Assembly: GCA_000708835.1 (NCBI GenBank)
Contig: DF236978.1
Coordinates: 283,046 to 347,045, forward strand
DNA: 64,000 nt
Source: Klebsormidium nitens
Taxonomy: Eukaryota; Plantae; Klebsormidiophyceae
Direction of reading: 5' to 3'
The notes beneath the pieces were generated by a model. The model did not search any database. It was not told the DNA's origin and saw nothing but the letters and a program-made list of their open reading frames with translations. Below, piece after piece: positions 26,793 through 40,500 of this stretch (position 1 is its first letter; each line of letters begins with the position of its first letter). Both the position numbers and the translations under genes were made by a program.

Positions 26793-29700
26793 TCAGCAAC
26801 AGCTATAGTAGTCGTTCTCGAGCCAAGTTGACGTCACGGACCGCTCCCGCAACTCGTCAAGGCTCGGCAGCTCGTACACTGGCACGTTTGACGTGCTCGC
26901 GCAGCAAAATCTGGCGAGGTTAGTGGCGCACCCTTTACTGAAGGGCGACACGTTGTCCGGAAGAGGCCTGAGGGAAGCAACAAACAAAGAAGGCATCAGA
27001 TTTCGGCTTATGCCCAAAAAGAGAGCCGTTCAACGACCTTGGTCTTTAGACGAAGCGTTTGGAACTTTGGGCCCCGGGGTCAACCGGCCCGTCGACGTTT
27101 CCGTCTACCGATTGCCCTAGGTTCGTCTCCCAAGCCGGGAGCATCTAGAGCCAGAAAAGACAAGCTAACGCACAGGCACCCAAAGAGGAGATCCCACGTA
27201 GAAGCAAGCAGAAAGATCGTTCACAAAGAGAGCCTTCAGCAGACGAGGTCCCCTGCTCCAATCTTTGCTGCGCCAAGGCCGTACAGAGGTATTTCCGTCC
27301 CTTACTTTGGAAAATTGGGAAACACAGAAACTACAAGAGCTGTAGCACTCGCTGACGGTCTGGCCGGAATCAACTTGGCCTGGAATCAGGCTACCGTTGT
27401 TTTTGTGACTCCGTTCTCCTATCCTGGACCCTTGCAAGGCGGACCACGTGACCGGGAGCCTCACCTAAGATATGCTATTCGTTTTCGCCTGGTGGTTTCG
27501 TAAGTTGTTTGATCAGTCGCAGCCAGGTACCTGCAAGGAGTTGCGCAGATGACATCACTCAGCGTCAGCGAGGCGGCGACAGCAAAGAACTACGTACAGA
27601 CCGAGGTGTCGCAACCTGCGTCACACTTCTTTCAGCTACCTGCCCTTCAGGTGGACATTCTTTCAAAAGCCCTCCTGAGTCAGATCGACTCGACTGGCCA
27701 GTAGCCTCGGACTTGGGGACACGATCCAGGAAATGCATTCGTGTTCTCTTCCAGAAAGCGCATCCACATGTGACAAGACTCGAACGAGTTGCGGGCACAT
27801 TGTCCTTTCACGGTCCGACAGCGAACTCATCGTTGTCCACGACAAAGGGATTCCTCAGGCCCACGCAACCACGCTTCCCGAGCACCAAAGTTCGTCAAGC
27901 ACAAAGAGCCGGCACAACGCGTTTGCGAGCTGCGCATAAGGGCATGATCTTTGATAAACTCTGTAAGCCTCCTTCGTCTTCCGTCTTTCTTCTTCGTCTT
28001 CTCTGTCATCTGCTGACGTGACTTTGTTTTTCCTTGTTCTCATTCCTGCGCACGATCCCGAAGAGTACTAAGATAAGTTGCCCGAAACTCACCCGTGAAA
28101 GACGAGCAACGCGACGAGGAAGATGAGGAAGCATATCAACGTGATGGTGTCCAGGATCATAAACACGTTCAACGAGAACCTGCACACCGACGAGACGCAC
28201 TGCGTAAGAGGTGACGCGAAACGCCTGAAAGAGATTGAAAGCTTCTGAGGAAGAAAGAACAGAGACTCGCACCGGGACACGGACCGTCCGCTGCACACGA
28301 GCCCTTGCTCTGGTCGTTCCAGTCGAGCGCCAGAAGAGAGTCCAGACGCCGAGGCAAGATTTGAACACTCAGGCTAAAGGCCGAAGTCAAAAGGAAAAAC
28401 CAAAGCCACACGCCAATCTACGACCCGTCCCCTGCTCACCAGCCCTCGGTTTGGTCGTTCCAGTCGAGCGCCGACACGTTGATCGCGACGGTCCAGACGC
28501 CGAGGCAGGACTGGAAGAAGAGGTACCACCAGAAGCGGCGGTGGTTGCGGTAGCCGACGCAGGTGCCGACCCAGAAGCAGTGGTGGTCGAAGCGCAGCAC
28601 GCAGCGGTCGCACTCGTGGCAGTGCTTCGTGCGCAGCGGCTGCCACACGCCGCAGTACGTGCACCGCTTGCCGCTGCATAGCGGAAAGGGAATCGGTGTT
28701 GAAGGTGTCAAGTGAGGATGAGGGAGTTAATTTCTGGAGTGGATAAGCAGTCATTAAAGGGCCACACGCCGCAGTACGTGCACCGCTTGCCGCTTGCCGC
28801 TGAGAAAGTGTGCGGGGAAAAACGAGTCCGGTACTTGATCGCCTGGTATTCTTTTCAGGAACTTGTGTAAGTGAGCGATGAAATGAGAATGTGTACTGGC
28901 GCGCCACGTGCTACAGTAGGTGCTCCGCTTGCCGCTGCACAGAGAAGAGGCGGTTTGCGTTGCATGGACGAAGGAAGGTGTGAGCCGTTTGTACCTTTCG
29001 CGATATGTTGGCCCGGACTCGGGTGTCCATTGCTGCGGAAACGGATGAGTTGCCCAAAAATTCAGGCAATTTTAGCTCAGCGCATCGAATATTCAGTTAA
29101 GTGCGGGTCCGAGATCTAATGCAGCAATACACACAACCAACCCTACAACGAACTGTCCAAATCGCTGAATCTGGAGGAACGGTTTCTTGGAGATAGAGTT
29201 CAGTCCGTGCTTTGAGCGTCAAAGACTTGCCGTTAGCGACACACTCCTGCCTTTGTGAGACGTTCTTTCGATCTTACGACCGATGGCACACCGCTTTCGA
29301 TGTGTGCCCAAGATTTGTCTCTTTCTCCCAGATTTGCCGGGAACCTGAGTGCAAAGGGTCCCCATCCCAGCTGCATTGTCCAGCCCAATAGACGCACAGA
29401 CTTTCTACGAAGCAGAACCTTACCTGTTATACCGACTCAACGACGGCGACTTCGGCGTCGACGTCCCCCCATTCTCCTCCAAGCGCCCCGTGCTCCTGCT
29501 CTTCCCCAGCAGGGGGCTCCTTTCCCCCGCTTCCGCCCCCCCCGGAACCAATCGCGCCCCCGAAATATTCACCACCATTTCGCCAGGCTTCTTGAACGCC
29601 AGAGTTCGGTCCGCCAGATTCGGCGCGCCCTTCTCTAAGTCCCGCCCCGAGTGGCCGTTTGCGCAGGCCCCGTCGCACAGGAGCTCCGTCACGGTGTCAC

Positions 29701-32009
29701 CGCGCGGCGCTCGCCTTGATTCCCTGCGAGATGCACTGCTTTCAACAAGTGCACTGGGTGAACCAAAACGCCTTTTTCTTTTTCTGGGGTGCCGAAACTT
29801 TCGATCTGTGTTTGCTCTGTCACGGTGTCGTCGCGCGGTGCTCGCCTGGGGTTTCTGCAAGATCCACCGTTTTCATTAAAGCTCCGACTCCAAAGAAGGT
29901 CAGAACTCCGAATTCAAAAGAGAGAGATCTTCACTAAGAATCACAATCAGAAACGGTGCGTAATTTCATCAGCGGTGGATCGAGTCCCGTCGCATAGAAC
30001 GGTGTCGTCGCGGCGCTCAGCTAAAATTCCTGCAAGTTCAATATATATAAGAACAACTCTGAGTTCCAAAATAACGAAGGTTTTCTTCGGTTCTTGCTTG
30101 AAATAGTGGCGTAGTCTATCACTACGGGATCGTCGGAGCAAATCCCGTCGAAGTAAAGATTGATCAGATGTCACGCCGCGGCGCTCGCCTGATTCCCCCT
30201 CCAGAACACTTCTAACGAGCCCACCCCCCCGCCACGAACGAGAAAAATGAGGCCTGCTAAGCTCCGTTCCGCTTTGGTCCCTGGTACTCTCTAATGCGAC
30301 CCTTCAGCAGCCGGTCAAAAGTGCTGAGGTGAGGATTCCTTTCACGCAGGCCTACTAAAACGGCTCAGCAACCGTTTTTTTTTGTCCTGCCTCTCCAATG
30401 TCCTGTGTGTAACAAATAGAAGATTTGAAGATGTTACCTTTTCAGCACCTGGTCCAATTTCAACCCCAAAAATGACGACCTCTACTACCATGGGCAAAAC
30501 CAATCTCAGAACTAAGAGGTAGACGCGAAGCTCCTCACCGCGGTTCCGAGCTCGTCCTAACCACCGCTTCTCCTTGCGCGAGTCCCCGCTTCGCAGGCTG
30601 GGGACTCATGATGCCGAGGCGAGCGGTATCGTACATGCTAGGGACTTCACTAAGGTTCAGAAGGGACGCGTGCCGGGTAGGGGTCCTCGAGTCTCGAAAC
30701 TGGCCGCTGCCGCCGGCCCGTTGAAGGACTAGGCTTCTGCAGGACACGAAACCAATCAAGGGCGCTTAAAGTGGGCTTAGGCGTCACGCTGGCGACATCG
30801 TCGAGTTGTGGCAACGACCCGAGTTCACAGAATGAGCATCAATTTACTCGCGCATGGTTGCCGCCTGCTTGGCCGGCCGACCGATCAGGAGGTGCAATAG
30901 TGAGTGCAGACATCCTCTTCGACGGAAGGTTTCAGCGCTTACTTTCGTAAATTTTAAGGGTGCCCTCGGCACTGAAACGCTTAGCTTCTCCAAAGGGTTG
31001 AAAGAATCGTGTCCCCACGCAGTTTCCAGTGACACCCACAGTATGGGGCATGGCTCGAAAAGAGGGCTGCGAATGTTCACCTGCGTGGGCTCAGGGGGGA
31101 ATCCTCTGGAGGCCCCCAGGTCCGGACCTCTTTCATAACCTCGTCAACATATCTGCGACACAATCCAGAGGGTGGCATGAGCTAGAGGTTTGGAGGAACT
31201 CCACGAGATCACGAGAGGTCAACACACAGCTGCAGTGGAAAGATAAATCGCATAACCCGAGTCACATCATAAGGAGAAGGTTGCTCTTTTGGTGGGAAAT
31301 GAAAGCCTATGGATCTTAAACTTTTCAAGCTGTTTGACCACTTTTACTTTGAAGCCTCTACATCCAAGAAGATTGTCTAAATCCGATTCCATCAAAAGGC
31401 GTCTGAAACTCTGGAAGGAAGTAAGGGCGGAGTGGAAACATACCCTGGAGACGAGCCGCACACGTAAAGGTAACTGGAGACAGTGGCAGAGAGTAGAAGC
31501 AGGTAGGAGCCTAAGAACCTGCGCACAAGGGCGTTGATAAGACCATGAAGTTCAAAAGTCTTCTTTACCACCGTTAAAATCCACAAGTGCAACAGAATGC
31601 TGTCTGGTTTCAGCCCAGCAATGACAGCAGGAGCAATGTGACCGACTGCTTGTTCCCACACCCATCGCGATGCAGCGTCTCGTACTACATTTGGTGCAGT
31701 GACACTAGGACCACCAGAGAGCTGAACCGTTAAAAAGCTGCACCGCCATTTGAGCACTCTGTTGATGCTGGAGCAGGAAGAAACTCAACATTGAGCGATT
31801 GGTAGCCACCCTCAAGGTTTGAAGTTGACTCCTTACCAGTAGTTCCCTTCTCGCCAAGACCTCGACAGGTCCGAATCCACAACACAGACCACTCCAATGG
31901 CAGCCGAGTGCAGGGCCAACCAACACAAGCGGGCGCTCCAAGCAGAGCTTACCACTGTGAACAGAGTGGGAGTGTCAAGCACAAAACATTCACAACAAAA
32001 GCCAGGCAT
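26793..32009 (-). CDS. PAT10: DHHC-type protein S-acyltransferase, PAT10-like
   Basis: Exons 32009-31837, 31518-31444 (FLGSYLLLLSATVSSYLYVCGSSPG), ~30736-30540, 29723-29424, 28673-28440 (CTYCGVWQPLRTKHCHECDRCVLRFDHHCFWVGTCVG), 28179-28093, 27530-27465 (YLAATDQTTYE) and 26967-26793 (PFSKG...YYSCC*). DHHC-CRD, TTxE and C-terminal CC present. An extra exon between 31444 and 30736 is possible. Confidence 0.92.
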
Positions 32010-33296
32010 GGTCTTCAAGGTTTCCTTACATGAGCATTTTGAATGTCGGTTGCTTGGCAGGCAACTGCTTCACCTCAACGGAAACCTTTCAAGCGAAAGG
32101 TTTGAAAGGTTGGAGTTCCTTGGGAAAAGCAGAATCTCTACAAGGCTGAGCAAAGATTAATGTAATTCGCGCTTAAGTATAACAGTCATGTACCTCGCTG
32201 AACTACCAGCTATGAGGGCCCAACTTGAATTTTTCGGGCCCATCATAACATCGCCCACCAGCTCGAGCCACCCATCTTGAACGATTCTGATTGGACTTAT
32301 TTCTAAATCCCTTCCGGCAATACTCTACCTCCCAACTTCCAAGCACTTACCGTCTCTTTCTAAAATGCTATCGAAGAATCCAGCCAATGGAACCTTTACA
32401 TTCCAAAAACCACCTCTTCACCAAACCATCAGCACCAAAAGACCCACCTTCCTGGTGCCTCATGGAGCGTGGCGATGACGCCTGCAATGGTGGGGGGGTC
32501 CTCGGGGAAAGGGCGTCCACCACTTGGCGAGCATAGCTGCTGCCAGCCATAGCATCCGAACTCTTACGCACTTCCCGCAAAATTTTTTTTAAGCCTCGAT
32601 CAGCATGCAACCGGCTGAGATGAGACTCACCCCATTGGAAGAGTGCTCAACCGAAAGATAACGTCGCCCCTGCCTGAGTACATTGAGAACGCTTCGCTTG
32701 CAGCAGCAAGGTCTGCATCCTGCCAGTGCAGGATGGTGCAGCCTGCAGGACTTCCTTGGGAAAGACTGGAACTTCAAGTGGAAGTTGGATCTCTGGTCAT
32801 GAAATGAAAACAGGGCCACTAACCATGTTGTTTACATCCAAACCACCACCAGCGCGAGCGTTATGCGCAAACCTTACCACGTGGATCCTGTGGACCTGAT
32901 TCAAGGAAGGTTAGCTGTCGATTGATGCATCGGAGGGCCATCCTTACTCTGCGTTGTCAGGCTGAGGGTTACGGTTGCAGGTTTGAGCCACCACTAACCA
33001 CAGGGTTTTCGGGCTACCTTAACCTGGCTAGCTCTTGTTGAGTCGTTGAGTCTTGACACTGACAGTGTGAGAAGCTGTGGAGAATGAGCTGCAAGCTGTC
33101 GATCACAGCTTCACAAGAACTACAAGTTCAAGAAGAAACGAAGCTTGCCGCATCCTTCTATAAGAAAGTGACGTGACGCCAGGCGGTCAGAGTGTTGTGC
33201 TGCTTGATCAGGCGAAGCATTTCTCTTGTTAACAAGCCGCTCTGCTCAGATCTCTTGCTGCACATTTTGGAGTCTACGTCGCACACCACCAAGAAG

Positions 33297-36200
33297 ATGG
33301 AGACTGTTTTGAACAGGTTCAGTGGCTCTCTTGACCTTCCTAGGATGCGGACGAGCCCACATTGCACCGGGGGATCACAATCACCAGCAGATGTATCAGT
33401 AGAACAGCATGCTAGGCTCAATCTCAGAGTGCCTACGCAATCGCATGAACAGCTTAGAAACAATAGAGGGAGTCTACGCCGCCGAATGGGTGGTTCTTAC
33501 ATAGGGATCTCTGATAGAGTGAACTTCTTTGCGAAGCTGTCAACATGTCAGCATTGGGGCCGATTGTCACATGGGAGAGAAGAGCAAAGTAGAAAAGGTG
33601 TAGCCAAGCCTGGAAGACAAGTGGGGAGGAACATAATGTGTACTGCTTTGCCTTCCGAGTCGGACAAGGTAGAAGCTGCCAGGTCAAAGATCCGAGTGTC
33701 CCTGGAAGATCTTGTCAGCAGTTTGGAGGAACTCTCACGCTCCCTACAAAGGGTTACTTCTTCTCTGAGCCACACCCTCTCGAGTCTTGACTCGGAGATT
33801 GCTTCCAGCAACTTACCAAGCATAGAAAAGCAATACATGCAGCAAGGCAGTTTCGGAAGAAGGGCTCAAAGTGATCTTCCCAATCAGTTTAGTGGCGAGG
33901 GCCTCCCAGAGGCAGAGGAGAGAAATGCAGTTGTCAGCAAAGTCGCCTTCAAGCTTCAGCAAGCATTTGTGCAGGCACGAGTGGACTTCTTGGGGAAGCC
34001 TTTCCAGGTGAGGGGCTTCGCAAAATTCCTTTGTTTCCAGCAAGAGTGTGGTCAACAACATTGGTTCTTTGTCAGGCAGGCTTGTAATCACCTGAAAGCT
34101 CTGCTTACCCGCCCTCAGCTCCACGCCTGAGTGGGTCAGACTGGGATCGTCGGAGTGGAAGTTCGTCAGGTTTGCCTGGCGGTCAGGGCTTAAACATGTC
34201 AAACACTTTGAGTCGAGACAGCATGGCTTTGGTCATGGGGCTTCATCGTCCTCTTATCGTAGTAGACTAGAATTATGTTGCTGCTTAACTGGCTTGGAAA
34301 GTTGCATTGAACATGGGTTCACCTTGGGTGGTCGGTGATAGAGGAGCAAACAAGGTCGACCAACTATCTTCTAATGGCAGTTGAGTATTGGTGCCTGCCC
34401 CTTCGTCTTGTCTGCCATGCTGTCAAATACTTTGCCTCTTCATTCAGTCAGTGAGCTTGAATTGTTTCAAAGCGTACCACCTCTTCATTGATTGCATCAT
34501 TCTCACCCCTTCAATCCAAGCTAGCCAACACACTTTTCATTTGCTCTTTGCATCGACGGGGAAGTGCTAGGCTCTCTCATCTTGGAACATGCAAGTGCAG
34601 TCTGGTTTGAACCCCTTCGGCTGAGACGTGCAGTTGGCTTATATCTCCACTATTACATGTTCGGTTCACAGACTACCTTTTCATTGTTGGGGCCGCGGAT
34701 GCGCTTTTACCCAATCTGGTCCATACAGAGTCTCATCTCTAACCACCTTACTGTAAACATATTGTCCTTCTTTCTCATGCCATCATGGCGGTTTTTCTGC
34801 AGCTTGCGCTTGAGGAGTTTGTGGACTGCACGATGCGCGTGTACGCCTTGGGGGTGGACTTGCTCACTCTGCAGCTGCAGCTCGTGCTGGCGGAGCGCGC
34901 CTACTACGGAAAGGACCTCGCGGAGGACGTCCAGGAGATGGTGACGCAGGTAAGTAAAAGAAGTCCCTTTCTTTTCACCTCATCAATTGAATCTCCATTG
35001 AAGTTTACAATTGTATTGGAGTCGGGACGCTTTGGATGTCGCCTGAAACAAGAACACCAAAGGGAGTGAATTCAGGCTTTGTCTCTGGGTCCAGCGAATG
35101 GCGTCACGGGTGGAGGAGCATGACCCTTACATGTCGTCAGATTGGGCCGCACGTATTGACCACAGGGAACACTCAAGTCCAATTTCTGGCCGTCGCGTTG
35201 CCAAAGTGCGGCCACCGGAGGGCCATGCTGTATGATGATGGCCCTCAGTAGTGCTGGGGCTGAGATGTAGTGACGGAGCGTAGTCATGGCCTAAACCTGA
35301 GCTGCTAATCCAGATCTTCGTCATTGGACGAACTCGTGACCACCTCAATTCATGTATCCGATTTCGAAAGCTCCATGTTTCAGGTACGGGCTTCTCAACT
35401 GACGTATGTATGTATGTATTTAACGATTTGCAATTGACGACAATTGACCTTCGATCAGGTCGGCCCCCGAATCATCACCAGTCCAATACGGGCTCTTTAT
35501 AAACGAACCTTCTATGGTGCAGAACGCCGCCCTTACATCGTTCCGTGGAATCTTCGTAGAAGGGCATCCTTTCCCGTGTTCTGAGAACTCGTCACAGTCG
35601 ACCATCGTTTTCGGAGAGGATCTTTAAAGTGGGCGTAGGCCATGCATGGACACCCTAAGGCCATCTACGGTGGTGGGGGCCCAAATAAGCCCAAGTTGCA
35701 ATCTGGTCCGTTCAAAAAGACTCAGATGCACGAAGTGTGCATTTCCGGAGCTTTGAAATCGGACGCCCACTTTAAGGAAGGTGCATGACAAATCCGAGGC
35801 ACCTACTCATCCCGTGATGGTACTCGATTGTGTCTATATTCGGACGAAGGAACTTGACACTTTTGCATCAACCTGATGGTAATGTCAACCTCTTTCAGGA
35901 AGGCCACGTGCGAGCCATGTGGATACGGCTCGCTTACATCACGCTCAACCACGCCGCGGAAGTGAAGGCTGCGAAAGAAGGGGACCAGTCAGCGGCCGAC
36001 ATCCGGATAGACCCCCAGGAGGACTTAGGCGGGCAGGGGCAGTTTGTGAAGTCGGTTATCAAGATGCACTTAGAGCAAGGCCTCACGCTTGACCGGCTGA
36101 AGTTAGAACAGGTGAGATTATTTCAAAGTTGTGACTGCTCCGGATCGCGTTTGAACATGGGTTGTGCAGATCGCTTCCGTCCGAGTGCGCTGCGTCTGTG

Positions 36201-36516
36201 AATGTTTGTGACCTTTGTTCGTTGCTGTGAGATGGTGCCTAGTAATTCTCCCTCAGTCACATTTGCAAAGGGAATCCAGAAGGTAAGAGACATCAAAGCT
36301 TGTCGTTCACCACGAGGGCCGTTGTTCTGAATGTAGCTCTCTTGATGTAGCTCTTCTAGAGCTAGGTCGCACAGCCATTGCCTTTTCAAATGATCAACGG
36401 CATTTGCTTTGCAGGCTTATGCCGAGAAGACGGACTCTCCTGCGATAGAGGCCTTGCAGCAGAGCCACTACTTGATTCTGATGACCCTTGCAAAAGCTCT
36501 GGGAGAGTATGAATAA
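33297..36516 (+). CDS. Protein of unknown function with a long Ser/Arg-rich N-terminus (possible plastid transit peptide)
   Basis: Exons 33297-34007, 34803-34949 (LALEEFVDCTMRVYALGVDLLTLQLQL), 35899-36111 (RAMWIRLAYITL...GLTLDRLKLEQ) and 36415-36516 (AYAEKTDSPAIEALQQSHYLILMTL...*). All junctions are canonical and phase 0. Confidence 0.8.
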
Positions 36517-37529
36517 CTCTCACCAATCTGCCGCCAACAGCAGGATTAACCTCTGATGTAATTGCTCATCGGCATTCTTTTGCAATCAGAAGAGTGGATT
36601 GAATCAACACAAAACTAGTCGATTGCCGGCTCCGACTAAAACCGTCGCTGCTGCGCCGTGAGCGCTCTAGTCACCAACCTGCATGCTACGTTTCTCGTAC
36701 TTGAAAATGACCAACAATTTTTAGCGCGGCACATCTGCGCATGCAAGGATGGCGCATACGTGACGTTCAGATTCAAGATTTCACGCGCGCAATTCTTTTG
36801 AGGATGCGTCCATGACGTCATGTCGACGATGATGTGACGCGCGGTCATGCATTTCGATGACATAGCCTGGTACCACCGGCCTGTCCATGCGCAGAACCGT
36901 CGTCGGGTAATCGAGTCGAAGTCACTACAACTTCCATGAGATCAGGAGCATATGTTCAATGATCATGATGCAACACCGTCGCGCCATTCACTAGATGTCG
37001 GACTTGCACCCGTGTTTGGACCAGCCGCCGCACTGCAGCACAGTCCGACTCATCATTGCCGCCATTTTATAGCACCTAGGCAGGCCGCGCTTGGAGTCCG
37101 GCCTTGCCTGCGCGGGCGCCTAAACAACATCAAACAAGATACCTCCCACATTGAAACCGAGCGATTTGCCATTAGCTACAGGGTTTTCGGGACTATCGTA
37201 AACAAGGGGCTGAAACAGGCTGAGCTTTATCTACCTCTTTGAGACTAGAGCGTGCTTGTCCGTGAGGCAGGTAGCACTAGGCGAGGTAAATTTTGCGGCC
37301 GTCGTATCGAACATACGACCCTCGGACTGCCACCTGTCAATCAAAGTTGCTACAGGGCCACATAGCACTACTGATCTCGACTTGTAGGCTGTACATAGAT
37401 CCCTCCTACTCTTCTTTCACGTGTGCAGTTCTGCAGGATCGGACCTCCCTGAGTGTCCTGGTAGGAACAACATCGACATCCCAAGTGCCGGTGGCATACA
37501 CAAATTGGCCGTCCCAACTATTTCAATGC

Positions 37530-40500
37530 CTACTCAAAGTCGAAACTAGCCAAGTAAGCCAGCCTGTAGGGCGACGTCGACTTTCCAAACTCCGTCGTCC
37601 ACACGGGCAACTCGTCCAACACCGCTTGCAGGTGTGGTGTCGTGACGTCAAAATCCGTTCGGAGCTTCAGAAGAGGACGCCCCTCCGTGTGATATGCCCC
37701 GCCCGCATCCGAGTTCAATCTCTCCACGTGCGCGTCTGCAAGGGAGAATCGAGCAGTCAGGAGAACTGTTCGAGTCCATCCGTCGGCGTGCTCAAAGATT
37801 CGAGTGTAAGTTTTAGCGGAAGTCTTGGAAATTTGTCATCCAATTCAACCACCATCCTGATTTGAAGAGAACTTTCCCTCCAAGCATCCGGTCAATCGCG
37901 CAGGTGAGTGATGGGGACTCTCAGCGATTCATCCTGCGATGTTTTTGGAGCCATCATGATAAATTCCAGGATTCTAGGCGAGGCTCACCGGGGTGTATTC
38001 GCAGCTTCATGACGAAGTCGTCCGCGGGCCCCGACCCCGCCGCAAACTGCACGATGTGCCACCCCGCCTTGCTGTCGCTCGCCACCGGATCGACCGTCAT
38101 GGGAACCAGCACCTTAGCGGAGCTGCGGTCTAAGCGGCCGTCACCTGTTAAGTGAGCTTTCGGTTTTCATAATGTTTTAACTTCAGGGAATTTCTTTGAC
38201 TAAGAAGGAAACGCGCTGCGAGTTCACAGAAATTCAAACTCCTGGGACCAGCACCGGAGCTGCGGTCCCAGCGGCCGTCACCTGAAACGGAGCACCACTT
38301 CTTAGGGTTTTCGGTTGTAAGGAAACTGCTTTACGAGTTTTTGAAAACAACAAGTGTCTTTCGCTGGTACCGCCCTAAGGATCAGCACCTTGGTGGACGC
38401 GGTCTAGGTGGCCGTCAACTGAAGGAACTGACTGGCATTACATGCCTTCGGTGCTGAGATTCTTTCAAGCAAGCAGATGGATCCGTCCGATCACTTTCTT
38501 GACAGCCAGCAAACTTGACGGGGCTCAGGACAGTTGGCCAATCCCGGAAGAAAACCGTAGTAAATCCGTTATGTGAGCGGAGGTTCGAGGAGTCTCATGA
38601 GACCAATCGTAGCAGCAGTTATCGTCGGCATGCTAGCTCAAACTTCCGGCCCCGGCATTTAAACGCGACGGTCCGAAATCCAAGTTGAGAACAATGCCTC
38701 GAATTCTGGATCAAACCTGCGCTCACCACCCCGAAAGCGCAAAAGTGCACAAAGCCAACCCGCAACCCCGCACCCCAATGGCCAAAGCTCACTTCCCTCA
38801 CCTCGCACCTCAACTCCTCACCTCGCACAGGCAGATCTTGAATCGAGAACTCTCTACAACCAAACCCTCAGACGCTCTTACCCGTCACGCTGCTGATCGC
38901 AAAGTCCTGCACCCCCCTCGGGCCCCGAAAGTCATCTCAGTGCTATCAAGCAACAATTTCATTCCAGAGCCAGATCCTAGTACTAACTGCACAACTCCTG
39001 AACCCCACATCTCGCAGTAAATCATTAACAAGAAAGTTAAACGCCAAACCCCTCAAATCATTCTCACCCGTCACGCTGCTGATCGAAAAGCCCTGCACCC
39101 GCCGCACGTCGATCCCCAGGGCCCACCGCCGCGAGCCGCCCGCGTGCATCCCGACGTCGATCTCTTTCACCCCCGTCTCTAGTTCGTGGGCGACGTGGTG
39201 GTCGAAAAGCAGGGCGAAGGACGGCGCCTCGGTCTTCACGCCCGGGGGAGGGGGCACGGCGTCGACTGTGCGTGCGCCGTAACCGACCTGCGGAAGGAGT
39301 TGGCGGTCAACAGAGCGGCAAACAGATTGCGAACATTGGGTGTCAAGCAGGCTTCGCTGGTCGAACAACAGGAGAAAGGACGGCGCCTGGAGTTGAAAGA
39401 CCGAGGGAGAAGGGAAGGGGTCGATTGTGCGAGCGCCGTTACCGACCTGTCAACTCAGTAAAGTCGCAGAGTGGATGATACGGCTTGTGATTGATCTTAG
39501 AATCTGCACTTCCAGCACCAAACCTGTAAGGCAAACTGTGTCATAAGAACTCAACGTTACGCAAGATTTCCAGTTTCCATGCATATTCGCCCCAGTGCAG
39601 ACGTCCATCCTGTAGAAACAATTCCGAACTCGATCCGTTTCTGGCATCGAGCCACGTGTCCTCACCTCATAGGTCACGAAGTCAGGCCCGCTGCCCCTCG
39701 AGACGTTGAACCTTGCACCGAGTCCCGCCACCAAACCCTCAACGGATCTTCCGGGCGCGAGTGACGACAGCGAGATATATGACTGTTGTGCTGACGTGTC
39801 GTACACGTGGACGAGATTGATTGGCAGGGCGGCTTCGGCGGTGAACGGCGGGAAGACGTCCCACGTGACCAGGCCAGCGGCGATTGAGGAGACAGCCAGG
39901 AAGAAGGCGGCGATCGTAAAGGAGCTCTCTGCAGACGGGGATTGGAAGCGTTGGTTCTTGGATCGGAAGGTCAAAGCGGAAGCGATTTTTGCTTCTGGGA
40001 TATCCTAGGGTGACGGAGGATTGGCGGGGAGACGATGGTGAGGGATCAACGGGGAACGGCTAACCCTGAAAAGCTTAGGTCTGTGTCAAGCGGTGAACAC
40101 TGGGCTCCAATAATCATTTCTATCGATTGGAGGGTTTCCATGGGCCGCCTAGGCTGAGCTGTGTAGGGAAGATTCAGTGATCTGTGGCGAAAGGTGACGC
40201 ACTTTTTTGCCCTCCTTGTCGAACAAGAAGGACGGCAAGGGGTGAGAGCCAGAGAAGAAGGTAACAAATGCATGGACTATTTTGAGCAGGGCCAGAAAGC
40301 AGCTTCAAGTCGAATTCCCCGAGCTCCCGCATCCAACCCCGTGCGCAAGCTGATCATCTGACCAGGGCATTGCTATAGAGTTCCCTGGTTTAGGGCGGGA
40401 AAGGAGACGAAGCGGGACAATGGGGGCGAAACGAAACATTGATGGACCTCTAGTTCAAATAGGATAGTTCTAGGCAGGATATTATCACGGCCCAGCCGGG

